This document shows positions 37,361 through 48,100 of a DNA stretch of 64,000 nt, piece by piece. A program made the position numbers and the translations under genes. Origin of the DNA: a virus; the IMG/VR virus record IMGVR_UViG_3300015203_000007, positions 2,036-66,035 of that record; one strand, written 5' to 3'. Position 1 is the first letter of the stretch. Every line of letters starts with the position of its first letter. The notes below the pieces were generated by a model that was not told the origin of the DNA, did no database searches, and saw only the letters and a program-made list of their open reading frames with translations.

Positions 37361-38134
37361 TTAGGCAGACGCCTCCTGCATCTTGGCGAATGCGCGGTCG
37401 AATGCGTTGCTGTCGCCCAGCACGTTGCTGCTAGCTGCGGCAGCTACGGCATCCTCACTGCGCTTGATCTGTGCGAGCGGAACGCCCTGTAGTAGCTGCT
37501 TCTGCACATCGTACGTCTCCGGGATCGTGAACTTGCGGACATTGAACTTCTCGGCCGCGAGCTTACGGTCGTCCTCGGACATTGCCTGCGGGCCACCGTC
37601 CGGGTCAGCCGGGTCGATGGCGTAGTTCGTGTCGAATCCCTGGCCGGTGCGAACCACGGTGAAGTCACGGGACATCAGTCCCTTGAAGGCGCGATCCTTC
37701 TGCGCGAGCGTGGAGAAGAGTGTCGTGCCACTGTTCCACACCTGAACCTGATCGGACGTGCCGATGATCTTGTACTGAGACGTGATCGGATCCTTGACCG
37801 GCACGCCATTGTTGTCACTCAGGTAGACCGGCGCGTCACGCATGATGAGATTGATCCATCCCTTGATGAGACGCTTCGCGCCCTGCTCGCATCCGTAGCA
37901 CGGAATGCCAGCGTCATCCTGGTTGAGACACGGAGTGACCTTGGCTACCTTGCCGGGAAGTGCGGGGATCTCATGCACGTACGCCCACTGCACATCGTCA
38001 CCCTGTTCCAAGAAACGGACGGTGTACGGGTGGTTCGGCTGGAACCTCGCGAACTTGACGAAGCCCTCACCGAACGCGGCCTTTCGCTCCTGCGCCTGTG
38101 CTGCTGCCTTCTGAAAACTCTCGAACCCTGCCAC
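37361..38134 (-). CDS. single-stranded DNA-binding protein (gp32-like)
   Basis: VRFL, HE, C..C.YC Zn ligands, RTGQGFDTNY, C-terminal tail; replication block. Confidence 0.7.
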   Translation of the reverse strand: MAGFESFQKAAAQAQERKAAFGEGFVKFARFQPNHPYTVRFLEQGDDVQWAYVHEIPALPGKVAKVTPCLNQDDAGIPCYGCEQGAKRLIKGWINLIMRDAPVYLSDNNGVPVKDPITSQYKIIGTSDQVQVWNSGTTLFSTLAQKDRAFKGLMSRDFTVVRTGQGFDTNYAIDPADPDGGPQAMSEDDRKLAAEKFNVRKFTIPETYDVQKQLLQGVPLAQIKRSEDAVAAAASSNVLGDSNAFDRAFAKMQEASA

Positions 38135-38135
38135 T

Positions 38136-39194
38136 TTACATTCCTCCTGTTAGCTTTGCTGTTAGTGTTGATGTTGCTTTTTCGATGTTCCATACAATTT
38201 CGTCATGCTCGGAATCCATTGGATCTCTGTCATGCCGTGGCACTACTAGTACCTTGCATGCATTTCCAAGCATGGATTCCGCAGTGATGACTCCACGGTT
38301 TCCCGCGTCATCACAGTCAAGATAGAGAATCACTTCTTCGTAGTATTGGCGAAGCATTGCCGCCTGAAACATAGACATTGCGGCAGTAGGCAAACCCACT
38401 ACGTTCTGAACTCCTGCTTGCTTGACCTTGATGCGATTCAGTTCTCCCTCCACTACCACGATGGTGAGGTAGTGAGTCTTCGTCATCGGCCCCGGAATTC
38501 GCGGCCCATTTAGAACCTCATTGTGACCGTACAACTCAAGGCTAGTGTTGAAAGGCTTGAAGCCGTAGGTCGGGGGATCCTTGTCGCGATCTCCCAGCAC
38601 AAGATACTTGGCGGGGTGGGCACCCGTGATGTCTCGGGCCTTGAACCCTACCAAGTCCCCCTTATTCGAGAGGTATGGGATCGCCACCCTCCCAGTGAGG
38701 GGATCCCACTGTAGTCCTGCCGCCTCGATACTCCCCATGCTAAGACCACGCTGCAACATGTACTCAAGTCCAGCGTCTACCTTAGTGAGCGGAAGCATTC
38801 CCTTCCATGACTTGATGGGAGGGTTGGATTCATTCTTCATCTTCGGCGGGGACTTAGGGCCTAGGATTCGATTGAGGATATCAGTGACAGAATCCGCAGG
38901 ATCATACGTGACATCGAAGCCACACGTTTCCCCTAGCCATCTCCATGCCTCGGCTCGATTGACACCATTGAAGGTAGCCACGAAATCGACAAGTGTTCCC
39001 TGCATGCCACAACCGAAACAGATGTAGGGATAGGGGTAAGTTCCACGCATGTACCCGGACGGCCTGTGATCCCCGAAGGAATGACTCGGGCCGGGGCAGG
39101 AATAGTTCGTCTCGATTCCGGCGGCACGCACGTTGCGCACCCCCAGATCGTTCAGAACGTCCGCGATATTGATGACTACTTCTCGACTGTTCAA
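38136..39194 (-). CDS. DNA primase (Zn finger + TOPRIM)
   Basis: CP..H..D..PS, CFGC, GFKAR, VVEGE, LYLDCDDAG. Confidence 0.85.
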   Translation of the reverse strand: MNSREVVINIADVLNDLGVRNVRAAGIETNYSCPGPSHSFGDHRPSGYMRGTYPYPYICFGCGMQGTLVDFVATFNGVNRAEAWRWLGETCGFDVTYDPADSVTDILNRILGPKSPPKMKNESNPPIKSWKGMLPLTKVDAGLEYMLQRGLSMGSIEAAGLQWDPLTGRVAIPYLSNKGDLVGFKARDITGAHPAKYLVLGDRDKDPPTYGFKPFNTSLELYGHNEVLNGPRIPGPMTKTHYLTIVVVEGELNRIKVKQAGVQNVVGLPTAAMSMFQAAMLRQYYEEVILYLDCDDAGNRGVITAESMLGNACKVLVVPRHDRDPMDSEHDEIVWNIEKATSTLTAKLTGGM

Positions 39195-39224
39195 CTGTTT
39201 CTCTGTGTTAGTTTTCTAGTACCC

Positions 39225-40517
39225 TTATGGTACTGGAACTGGTGCCACATTGCTAGTCAGAAAGTCCTTCATCGGATTGAACTTGCGGAAGATTCCGGTG
39301 TCCGGATTCCAGTACAGTTCGATTTCCGCAGTCTGTCCCTCACGGTTCTTGAGAAGACGTAGCTGCATCCGCTTGTTGGCCTTCATCTCATCGTCGGCGT
39401 GTAGTCCCCACATCACATCAGAGTCCTGGAAGATCGAGCGCGAGTAAGCAACATTGTCTCCCTGCGCTCCCTCCTTGGCGGACGCGATGTTGGTCTGTGC
39501 GATTCCGATGACAGGGATTCCGAGAGCACGGGCCTGCGACTTGAGGCGACGTGTCAGGTCAGTGACCTTCTCCCAATTCTGTCCCTTGAAGCCCGACTCG
39601 GGATCCATGAGAGAGATGTAATCCACTAGCACTAGGTCAGGGTTGTACTTGATCGTCTCGGCGTAGACCGTGCTTGCGTTGCAACGGCTTAGCTGATCGA
39701 GGATGATGATGTCGTGACTCTTTCGTCCGGCTTCCACCTTCTCAGCGATTTGCTTCCACTTCTCAAGGTCGCCTTCCTCTAGCTCGATTGCCTTGAGCGC
39801 GTTGGCAGAGATGTTCGTAGCCATCACATCTAGGCGACGATTCAGTGCGTCCGCTCCCATCTCAAGGGAAACAATCATGGGAGTCTTGCCCTGTAGGTAT
39901 GCGTGGAAACAGATGAGTAGTCCTAGGAAAGACTTTCCTAGTCCAGACCAGCCTGCGATTGTCACGAACTCATGTTCCATGATGCCTTGCGTGAGAGCGT
40001 TAGCCTCAGGGAAGGGGTACTGAATACCGGGCTTGTCTAGGCCGAAAGTCTTGACAGCTTCGTACTCAGCGATTCGTGTCTGCATGTTGCTGAATCTCTC
40101 TACGTGCATCTTCGGGATGCTGTTGCTAAGCTCTTGCGTAGCTGCTAGCAGATGCGCGTCAATCGCATCGAGGTACTTGTCGGAACCTGGCCCATCGAGA
40201 TTGGCAGCAATGCCACTCAGCACTCTTACCGTCTCTCGATACTTCACGCCTCGAAGGAACATATCCACGATGTATCGAAGATTGTCCTTTGGATCCTCGA
40301 AGTCATAGCCGGGATGCTTTTCCTGCACAACCTCGAACGATGGTGCCCCATTGTAGTCGCCTAGGTGCCCGACCATTGTGGCGAATACCTCAGCCGCCTG
40401 TCCCGGCTTACCCTCAGGGTTTCGATTGAAATGAGAGTCTTCGATGCCAAGTCCGATTAGCTCGGCAATCGTACCGTCGCGTGCGACTCGGGAGATGAGC
40501 TTCTTTTCCCAATCCAC
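39225..40517 (-). CDS. dnaB: DnaB-like replicative helicase
   Basis: AGWSGLGKS, SLEMG, LVLVDYI, IAQTN, IFQDSD, LLKNREG. Confidence 0.9.
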   Translation of the reverse strand: MDWEKKLISRVARDGTIAELIGLGIEDSHFNRNPEGKPGQAAEVFATMVGHLGDYNGAPSFEVVQEKHPGYDFEDPKDNLRYIVDMFLRGVKYRETVRVLSGIAANLDGPGSDKYLDAIDAHLLAATQELSNSIPKMHVERFSNMQTRIAEYEAVKTFGLDKPGIQYPFPEANALTQGIMEHEFVTIAGWSGLGKSFLGLLICFHAYLQGKTPMIVSLEMGADALNRRLDVMATNISANALKAIELEEGDLEKWKQIAEKVEAGRKSHDIIILDQLSRCNASTVYAETIKYNPDLVLVDYISLMDPESGFKGQNWEKVTDLTRRLKSQARALGIPVIGIAQTNIASAKEGAQGDNVAYSRSIFQDSDVMWGLHADDEMKANKRMQLRLLKNREGQTAEIELYWNPDTGIFRKFNPMKDFLTSNVAPVPVP

Positions 40518-40519
40518 GC

Positions 40520-40765
40520 TTATCGAATTCCGGCGGTCTTGATCTCTTCCAGTAGGGCCTCACGAATACCGCCTAGCACCTTCTGCGATGCCTGGAAGCA
40601 TTCCAGTAGACCATTGACGATGGCCTGCGGCTCATCCTCGACGTACTTCTCTACGTACGCTGGGCCAATGTCTACGTTGCCGAACTGCACGGTCGGGATC
40701 TTCTCCGTCGCGCCGTTTCGGACTAGTGCCATCGGCTTACCGTTAACTCCGGTTGGAACTGTCAC
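40520..40765 (-). CDS. hypothetical protein
   Basis: 81-aa ORF, GTGA overlap. Confidence 0.55.
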   Translation of the reverse strand: MTVPTGVNGKPMALVRNGATEKIPTVQFGNVDIGPAYVEKYVEDEPQAIVNGLLECFQASQKVLGGIREALLEEIKTAGIR

Positions 40766-42177
40766 GGGTTCAACTCCTTTACGTCTAGCTTCTTATTGTA
40801 GTAGTAGGTGTTTCTTTGGCGAGCTTGATTGGCGAGTACAGAAGACGGATCTTGGAAGTCATAGGCAATGGCTTCGGTCTTGTCAGGATGGGCGCGTGTG
40901 ATGCGGCCGATCTGCTGCTCTAGGATGTGCGACTTCTTGACGGGCCAAGCGAGATAGAGCCGGTCGAGCCTCGGAATATCGAGCGCCTCCTTGGCGATGG
41001 TAGAGAGGATAACGCATTCCCCGTACCCGGCGTATCTAGTAATCATAGCGCGTTCTTCGGAGTTCTCGCGCCCCGTCAACATGTGGACGCGAGTGGGGTC
41101 GAAACCCTTTGCGATGATCTCATCGCGCAGTGCGTCCAAGTGTGTCAAGCGGTCGGAGACAACAAGATTTGCATGTGCCTTGTTGATGTAAACTAGCTGC
41201 GCGATGGTGCTGTTGCGTGCCTTGTCTTCGGCAAGCGCGGAGATCACCTTGGCGTAGTTGTTTCTGTGGCCGTGCGCGAGTCCTAGCTTCTTGCAACCTG
41301 GAACCTGGCAGATTTGATTCGTCTCTACGAAGTGATCCGACCAGAATGGATGGCGGAACCCTGTCTTCACTGTCACCACGTACGGGCGAACCATGAAGTC
41401 AGCATCCGTCAGTTCTTCATCGGTCACGGTATGGATAATCGGCCCAATGCCGAACAGAGCCATCTTCTCTAGGCCGTCTTCTCTGGTGGGGGTAGCAGAG
41501 ACACCGATGCGATACTTGGCAGGGTATCGCGAAAAGACCGAGAAGTAGGTGTTTGCGGAGACGTGATGACATTCGTCAAGACAAACGAATCCATAGTCCC
41601 CAGTGTCAGCGCGTCGTGCAAGTGTCTGCTGCATTCCGATGGTGATTGGCGCGTGGATGTTAGTCTCAAGTCCGCCTCCGATGCATGAGGGAGTAAAGCC
41701 TAGAAACTCTTCGCATCTAGACTTCCACTGTTCCATGATCTGTAGCTTGTCTACGATGATGAGTGCCCTCTGACCACTCTGTCGGATCGCTTCTAGTACA
41801 GCGACAGTCTTACCGGCACCCGGTGGAGCTACCACGATTCCCTGTTCTTGCGTGAGAATGGATTCCACGGCAGGGATCTGATGTGGGCGAAGGTCAATGG
41901 GAAATTCAGTGTACTCGTCACATAGAACTTCTAGACGCTTGTCATCAATGCGATAGTCAACTCTATGCGCATCGAAGACTCCTGTGATGAGCTTAATCAT
42001 TCCGCGAGGCACAGTGAGAGTGGATGGATCTCTCTGTGGCTCCCACAGATGAAACTCCTTGCCATCCGCTGTGGGTACGCGACAGATATCTTTCAACTGT
42101 CCGTACCACTTGGTAGTGTCATCACGGGTCGAGAATAGGTGCAGGCGCGTGCCTACCTCGATGTCGAAATATCCCAT
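40762..42177 (-). CDS. SF2 DEAD/DEAH-like helicase
   Basis: LRPHQ, APPGAGKT, LDECHH, SATP.R.DG, EALDIPRLD, QQIGR..R. Confidence 0.9.
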   Translation of the reverse strand: MGYFDIEVGTRLHLFSTRDDTTKWYGQLKDICRVPTADGKEFHLWEPQRDPSTLTVPRGMIKLITGVFDAHRVDYRIDDKRLEVLCDEYTEFPIDLRPHQIPAVESILTQEQGIVVAPPGAGKTVAVLEAIRQSGQRALIIVDKLQIMEQWKSRCEEFLGFTPSCIGGGLETNIHAPITIGMQQTLARRADTGDYGFVCLDECHHVSANTYFSVFSRYPAKYRIGVSATPTREDGLEKMALFGIGPIIHTVTDEELTDADFMVRPYVVTVKTGFRHPFWSDHFVETNQICQVPGCKKLGLAHGHRNNYAKVISALAEDKARNSTIAQLVYINKAHANLVVSDRLTHLDALRDEIIAKGFDPTRVHMLTGRENSEERAMITRYAGYGECVILSTIAKEALDIPRLDRLYLAWPVKKSHILEQQIGRITRAHPDKTEAIAYDFQDPSSVLANQARQRNTYYYNKKLDVKELNP

Positions 42178-42190
42178 TCCTGGGAGTCTA

Positions 42191-42487
42191 TCAGGTGAAC
42201 TCAGACTGGCGCAAGAAGAAGGCTCCCTCTTCGGCGGTCGTCACCGTGCCCGTGCCCTCGAAGCGATACTCCCAGCGCCCAACCGGGTCGCTAAGAGAAC
42301 TCACGTAGTCGTAATTGTAGGCTCCCGTAGTCGTGTGGGTAGGCGTGAACTGAACCTGAGTCCCATCCGGCTTTCGGATCTTGACCACTACGGAGGTAGG
42401 GTCAGTCTTCACTCCCTGCTTGTTGAAGAAGAGAGCGTTCATGGAGATCGTATCTCCGGGGTCATATGTCTTTGGTACGGCTGCCAT
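42191..42487 (-). CDS. small Ig-like virion/tail-associated protein
   Basis: All-beta pattern (V.IRKPDGT, G.Y.YDY, GRWEYRFEGTG); downstream of the fibre genes. Confidence 0.55.
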   Translation of the reverse strand: MAAVPKTYDPGDTISMNALFFNKQGVKTDPTSVVVKIRKPDGTQVQFTPTHTTTGAYNYDYVSSLSDPVGRWEYRFEGTGTVTTAEEGAFFLRQSEFT

Positions 42488-42495
42488 TTATCCTC

Positions 42496-44481
42496 CTACG
42501 ATACTGTTGCTCTTACCCATGCTGTTCCATTCCACCATACCGGCTTACCGGCAGTGGTATCCCATGCTTGAACACCGATGCTACCAGCGGGAAGTGTCGG
42601 AAGACTTGTTGCGGGAACCCCAACTGGACTTGTCAAATCAATGAAAGCACCTGTCGATGTGCTCGCCGTACCTAGTGCTGTTGGAGCGGGGTTAATGATG
42701 TTCTTGGCAAAAATCATGTTCGTATTTCCGCCTGAGTCGCGAATACATTCACCGGGTTCGGTGAGATTGTTATACACGTTGTCCACCACAAGAGCGCCTA
42801 CACAACTAGTCAGATTTACTCCACGTCTTGTGTAGTTGAAAATATTTCCCTTCACGATCAAGTGATCCAGGTACTTGCAATCGAGAGCATGTTGTCCACT
42901 AACACCCTGAGTCGTGCTCCAAATACAATTAGACACTACGATATCTGTAAGAGTATTTCCAGAGGTACCGTAAACCCTAACGCTGCTAGTGAGAATACCA
43001 CCGTTTACAAACTTGCATCCATCAATCACTAGTCCGTTGACATCACCTGGCGAAATTCCTGCCGTCACGCTGATTGGAACTGGCGGTCTACCAGATGCAT
43101 CACTAGATTGCATGTTGTTGAATTCGCAATTGTAAATACCCACGTTTGTAATCGGGGCACCTACATTGGACTTGATGCTGATACCTGTCTGAGAATCGTA
43201 GATTCTACATCCATTGTAGACAATATTGGAACATCCATCAACGATTCCGAAGCCAAACCCGGAGCCATTTGCCGAAAGGTTAGTTGTGTAAGGGCCAAAA
43301 TTATGTGCGACACAACCGCTGTAAGTGATGTATTGAACTCCATTGATAAATGTGGTGTTTCCTGCCAAAAAACCATTCTGCTGGGTGTCATTAGACGCTA
43401 GCGTATCGGGGCTGGCGGTGGCAACACAACCGACGTAAAGGATATCTCTAGTCCAGTTACCGTGGAGATCAAAACCGCTGGCAAGAGAGTTATCGCTCCT
43501 GCACTGAGAGTAAATGATTCCAGCACTACCCTTGTCGGAAGTAAATCCGTGGCGCAGATTGCTCACATGAATAGCTCTGTAAAGACACGCTGTGGATCCA
43601 TCAGTTGAGAATCCGTAACTGTACGTAGATGCTACTCCGTAGTCCCACGACATTGAAGCGGTGCATTGATCGACCAGAGCACGATAAGAGTCGCGCACGT
43701 TCAAGGCTTCACGACTCCAAGAGTCGGTAGTTGTTCCCTTGAAATGAACATTACGATAGTAGCAATATCTTGTTACAAGAGCCTTGGCGGGAAACAATCC
43801 GCTCGCGGCCTGCTGTCCTGTAAACGTGCAGTAGGCGTCTTCAAATCCGCTCGCCGTGATTGGCGCAAGCAGACTGACAGTAATCGTTCCAGTATAGGTC
43901 TGATGCAGAGGATGATCGAGATAAACAGATGTTCCAGAAACGTAAACAACTTCTGCTACTTCACTCTTGTATCCGGCAGTTGCGCCACCAGACGTGTCAG
44001 CATCATTGATCTTCAACATGGTTCCGGCCACAATTCCCGTGGCGCTTGCCACCACAATTACGCTCTGTCCTCTTACTGCGGCAGTAGTAGTGGTTGTACT
44101 TGTAACAGTTCCACGCATACTAAGACATCCAAAGCCATCAGGATCGCATCCTGTTCCCAAAAGAATGGGTGCACGAAATTTCACCTTTGTGTAGTTAGAT
44201 GAAATACGCACCTTGTTGTTGAGATAGATCAGTGCCCCCGGAGTCGCTGGATAAACGGGTTCAACGACCACTTCATAACTTCTCGATCTGTTCGAGGCAA
44301 GCCCAGTTAGAACGGTTTGAATAGTACCACTGACATCAGTAGCACCATCGGCCGTAACAGGGACAACGATGACGGTAGAAGAAATGGAATCAGCGTAGCC
44401 AGTAACACGCTGTTCTAGATCCATTACTGCGGCTGCATCTAGTGTCTGCCCGTTAAACCAGTTCTTAACACTAAAACTCAC
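42496..44481 (-). CDS. tail fibre/tailspike with right-handed beta-helix (putative depolymerase)
   Basis: DGATDVSGTIQ pectate-lyase-like cap; repeated I.Y.GC/N..C beta-helix turns; C-terminal WDTTAGKPVWWNGTAW. Confidence 0.75.
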   Translation of the reverse strand: MSFSVKNWFNGQTLDAAAVMDLEQRVTGYADSISSTVIVVPVTADGATDVSGTIQTVLTGLASNRSRSYEVVVEPVYPATPGALIYLNNKVRISSNYTKVKFRAPILLGTGCDPDGFGCLSMRGTVTSTTTTTAAVRGQSVIVVASATGIVAGTMLKINDADTSGGATAGYKSEVAEVVYVSGTSVYLDHPLHQTYTGTITVSLLAPITASGFEDAYCTFTGQQAASGLFPAKALVTRYCYYRNVHFKGTTTDSWSREALNVRDSYRALVDQCTASMSWDYGVASTYSYGFSTDGSTACLYRAIHVSNLRHGFTSDKGSAGIIYSQCRSDNSLASGFDLHGNWTRDILYVGCVATASPDTLASNDTQQNGFLAGNTTFINGVQYITYSGCVAHNFGPYTTNLSANGSGFGFGIVDGCSNIVYNGCRIYDSQTGISIKSNVGAPITNVGIYNCEFNNMQSSDASGRPPVPISVTAGISPGDVNGLVIDGCKFVNGGILTSSVRVYGTSGNTLTDIVVSNCIWSTTQGVSGQHALDCKYLDHLIVKGNIFNYTRRGVNLTSCVGALVVDNVYNNLTEPGECIRDSGGNTNMIFAKNIINPAPTALGTASTSTGAFIDLTSPVGVPATSLPTLPAGSIGVQAWDTTAGKPVWWNGTAWVRATVS

Positions 44482-45116
44482 GACACTCCCGCCCAGTAAG
44501 ATGTTCCTGTGGCTGTGATCGTTCCAAGAGGAGAAGGCATTGTTGTGGTTCGTCCTGCATCAGCCGTTCCATACCGTGAGTTTGCGGCATTCAATCCAAA
44601 ATTGAGTACGTAGCTGCTGGTAGATGCGCCTCTAATGAATCCTGGGAGCGTAGAACCATTTGCATACCAAGCTACTACTACACTTCCGACGCTAGCAACA
44701 AACGGCCCTCCCGTTAGAGCCATCACCTTGTATCCTGTGCTCTGCCAATTCGTAGCTTGATCTGCTGTCACTCCCAATAGAGTCGTCCCCTGAAACAGTG
44801 CTGCGAAATTCTGACCTGCTGTTAGAGTTACGCCTGCTGTTCCTACGATCAAACAAACATTTGTAATTGATACAGAAGCGCGCAAATAAATTCTCGTCAC
44901 ATTTACAAGACCGGCTGTAGGAAGCACTGTTCCCGTAGAAGATGGAGCCGTGTCGTGTGACATACCTAGAAGACCTAGATCAGTAGGAATCGCCAAGCTT
45001 GGCACTACAGAATCACTGTAAGCAGACAGTCGGTTTTCCATATCAATCATAGCGGCAGCGTTAAGCAGCCCGTTCGGGAAAACTCCGTCTACCCAACTCT
45101 TTGCTGTAAATGGCAT
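44478..45116 (-). CDS. putative virion fibre/receptor-binding protein
   Basis: Shares an N-terminal W..G..L.AAA..D.E.R...Y.DS module with 42496..44481; beta-rich body. Confidence 0.6.
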   Translation of the reverse strand: MPFTAKSWVDGVFPNGLLNAAAMIDMENRLSAYSDSVVPSLAIPTDLGLLGMSHDTAPSSTGTVLPTAGLVNVTRIYLRASVSITNVCLIVGTAGVTLTAGQNFAALFQGTTLLGVTADQATNWQSTGYKVMALTGGPFVASVGSVVVAWYANGSTLPGFIRGASTSSYVLNFGLNAANSRYGTADAGRTTTMPSPLGTITATGTSYWAGVS

Positions 45117-45134
45117 GTGTTTATTCTACCCTTT

Positions 45135-48100
45135 CTATTCGTCGAATACTAGCGCCTTTGCACTAGAGTCGTTTACCGATGTCGAGTCAGAAGTGTCACT
45201 GACTGTAGTGCTATCAGAGATGTCGCTGAGTGCCGTCACTGTGGCGGAATCCCAGACGTTGACGCTCGATCCTAGAATGTCCCAGATCGTGACAACGCCC
45301 CACATATTCTCGGAACTGAGATACGCTACTCCGGTGGACGTGTTGGTAGAGAATCCGTGTAGGTTGCGTGTGCGATTGAAGTGAGCCGTTCCGCCAGATG
45401 TGCTTGTGCTGTTGGCGAAGAGTCCGTGCTTGATCGTCAGCTTGACCATGCCGGTAGAGACGTTGACAGAGCACGCCGTCATTCCGCGTGTGCGTACCAG
45501 CTTCGTCACTCCGGTAGACATGCCGACAGACATGGATGCGAATGCGCGTGTCCGTACTAGCTTTGCTACACCCGTAGATGTGTTTACAGAGATGGCAGCA
45601 AGTGAACGTGCCCGTGCAAGACTTGCGATTCCCGTAGATGTCGAGAACGACAGGGCAGCGAAAAGCTTGATTCCTGTTCCATTCCAAACACCTGTCGAGC
45701 TTCCTGTCGAGCGTGCAGCGAATGCACGAACGCGCACAATGGATGCAATTCCGGTAGAAGAACTGACCGAAATGCACGATAGTGCACGGGTGCGTCTGAT
45801 TCCGCAGACGCCGGAAGATGTGCCAATCGAAATCGCCGCGAAGCTTCGCGTACGAATGAGCGCGGCACGTCCTGTAGATGTTCCCACAGAGATGGCCGCA
45901 AACGTGCGTGTACGCCCCGTAGAGCAAACGCCAGTGCTAGTAGAGGTAGAGCGACCAGCGAACGTTCTAGTGCGGTAGCAGGTCGCCTGTCCGGTAGATG
46001 TGCCCGTAGAGATCGCAGCGAATGCGCGACTACGAACGAGCGTCGCGATGCCAGTAGAACTTCCACTCGATCTTGCGGCAAGGGTCTTAGCTGCAAACGC
46101 GAGAGTTGCGATACCAGTGGAGTTGGACTGTCCTAGGTAACTCGATCCAAGGATGAATCCTCCAAGGCCAAATGTCGATAGCGCACTGAACGTTCTTACG
46201 CGAGTGACACTAGCGATTCCACTAGAGGTATTGACAGATGTGGCAAAGAGGTTCTTCGATAGACCAGAGAACTTGGCGACACCCGTAGACGTTCCGCCGG
46301 AGATAGCTACTAGAGGCTTGATGCCGGTCGGGAACGATGCTCTTCCTGTAGAGGATCCTGTAGAGATTGCTGCGAGCTTGCGGGCGCGCACAAGCGTGAC
46401 TAGTCCAGTAGAGCTTCCAGTCGATACCGACGTTAGGTTTCGTGTCCGAAGAAGAGTCGCAACCCCTGTGGAAGATCCTGTGCTTACGGCACTAAACGAA
46501 CGAACCTTCACCAATGTCGCTACGCCTGTGGAGTTTGCGGCGTAGCCTAGGATCTGTGGCAGATAGACAGGCGTGTAGACAGAACTCTTGGAGATCGCAC
46601 CGAACGTGCGAGTTCTGATTACTGTTGCTAGACCAGTAGAAGAACCTGTGGATACGGCGCTTAGTGGGCGCGTTCTAGCAAGTGCAACTACGCCTGTCGA
46701 AGAACCTGTGCTTACCGCTGTCAGATTGCGCGTTCGAGAAAGTGTGGCGATGCCGGTGCTGGAACCAGTGCTGATCGCCGTGATAAACTTCCCGACACTC
46801 TTTAGCAGACCGGCGATACCAGTAGAAGATCCTGTGGAGATCGCGTTTAGATTGCGCGTGCGTACGATCTGCACTACGCCTGTAGAACTTCCCGTAGATG
46901 TGGCGATGAGAGAACGCTGACGAACTAGCGTTGCGCGTCCCGTGGAAAGTCCGAGAGCAATCGCGAAGAGTGATCTTGTCTTGGCAAGAGTGCAGACCCC
47001 CATAGACGTTCCTGTGCTTCGTCCTGTCAGGGCGCGAGTGCGTACCAGCGTGGCGATGCCCGTGCTTCCGCCAGAGCTAACGGCACCAGAAGTTCGGACT
47101 CTAGTGCAACTAGCTGTACCGCTAGACGTTCCGCCAGAGACAGCCGCGAAGGTGCGGATGCGTACCATCGTTGCAACGGATGGAGAAGATCCGGTGCTGA
47201 CAGCATTTAGAGTGCGCGTACGCGCGAATGTCGCAATTCCTGTGCTCGATCCGGTGGCCTGAGCGTAGAGCGTCTTCGACGTACTCTTGAGAAGTCCAGC
47301 GATGCCCGTGGAGGATCCCGTGCTTACGGCATTCAGATTGCGCGAGCGCGCTAGTGTAGCTACGCCGATAGACGATCCTGTACTTACTACTGTTAGTACG
47401 CGCGTACGGATAATTGTGACAGTACCCGTGCTGGAACCTGTGCTTACGGCGAAGAGTAGCTTGCTACCACTCTTTAGCAATCCAGCAATGCCAGTGGAGC
47501 TACCGGTCGATACCGCATTCATTCCACGGGTACGAACCAGACTCGTTACCCCTGTAGATGCCCCCGTGCTGATTGCATTCAGATTGCGAGTACGTACTAG
47601 TGTGCACGTACCTGTGCTCGATCCACCGGACACTGCGGCAATAGAACGAATACGAACTAGTGTGGCAATACCAGTAGAGTTGGCCGCATATCCTAGAATT
47701 TGTGGTAGATACGTTGGGAGATAGACACCTGTGCGAGAAATCGCGTAGAAGATCCGCAGCCTTCCCGTCGTCACGATTCCTGTAGAAGATCCTGTACCTA
47801 CCGCCGCGAAGGTACGGGTACGCGCAAGCGTTGCTACTCCTGTGCTCGATCCCGTGCTGACCGCAATCAGCTTGCGAGAACGAACCAGCGTAGCGATGCC
47901 ACTTGATGCCCCTGTAGATGTTGCGATGCAGCTTCTTGCGCGTCCTACTGCGCAGACACCGGAAGATGTTCCGGTCGATACTGCGATCAGACTGCGAGAG
48001 CGTACCAGCGTTACTACGCCCGTGCTTCCGCCAGTAGAGACGGCGATCAGATTCTTGCTCTTAACAAGCGTAGCTCTTCCCGTGGAATTGTTGGACATCT

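Noticed and set aside
25665-42177. Inteins or introns in terminase, DnaE or helicases
   Set aside because: Lengths are ordinary and no C/S...HN splice motifs or LAGLIDADG blocks were seen
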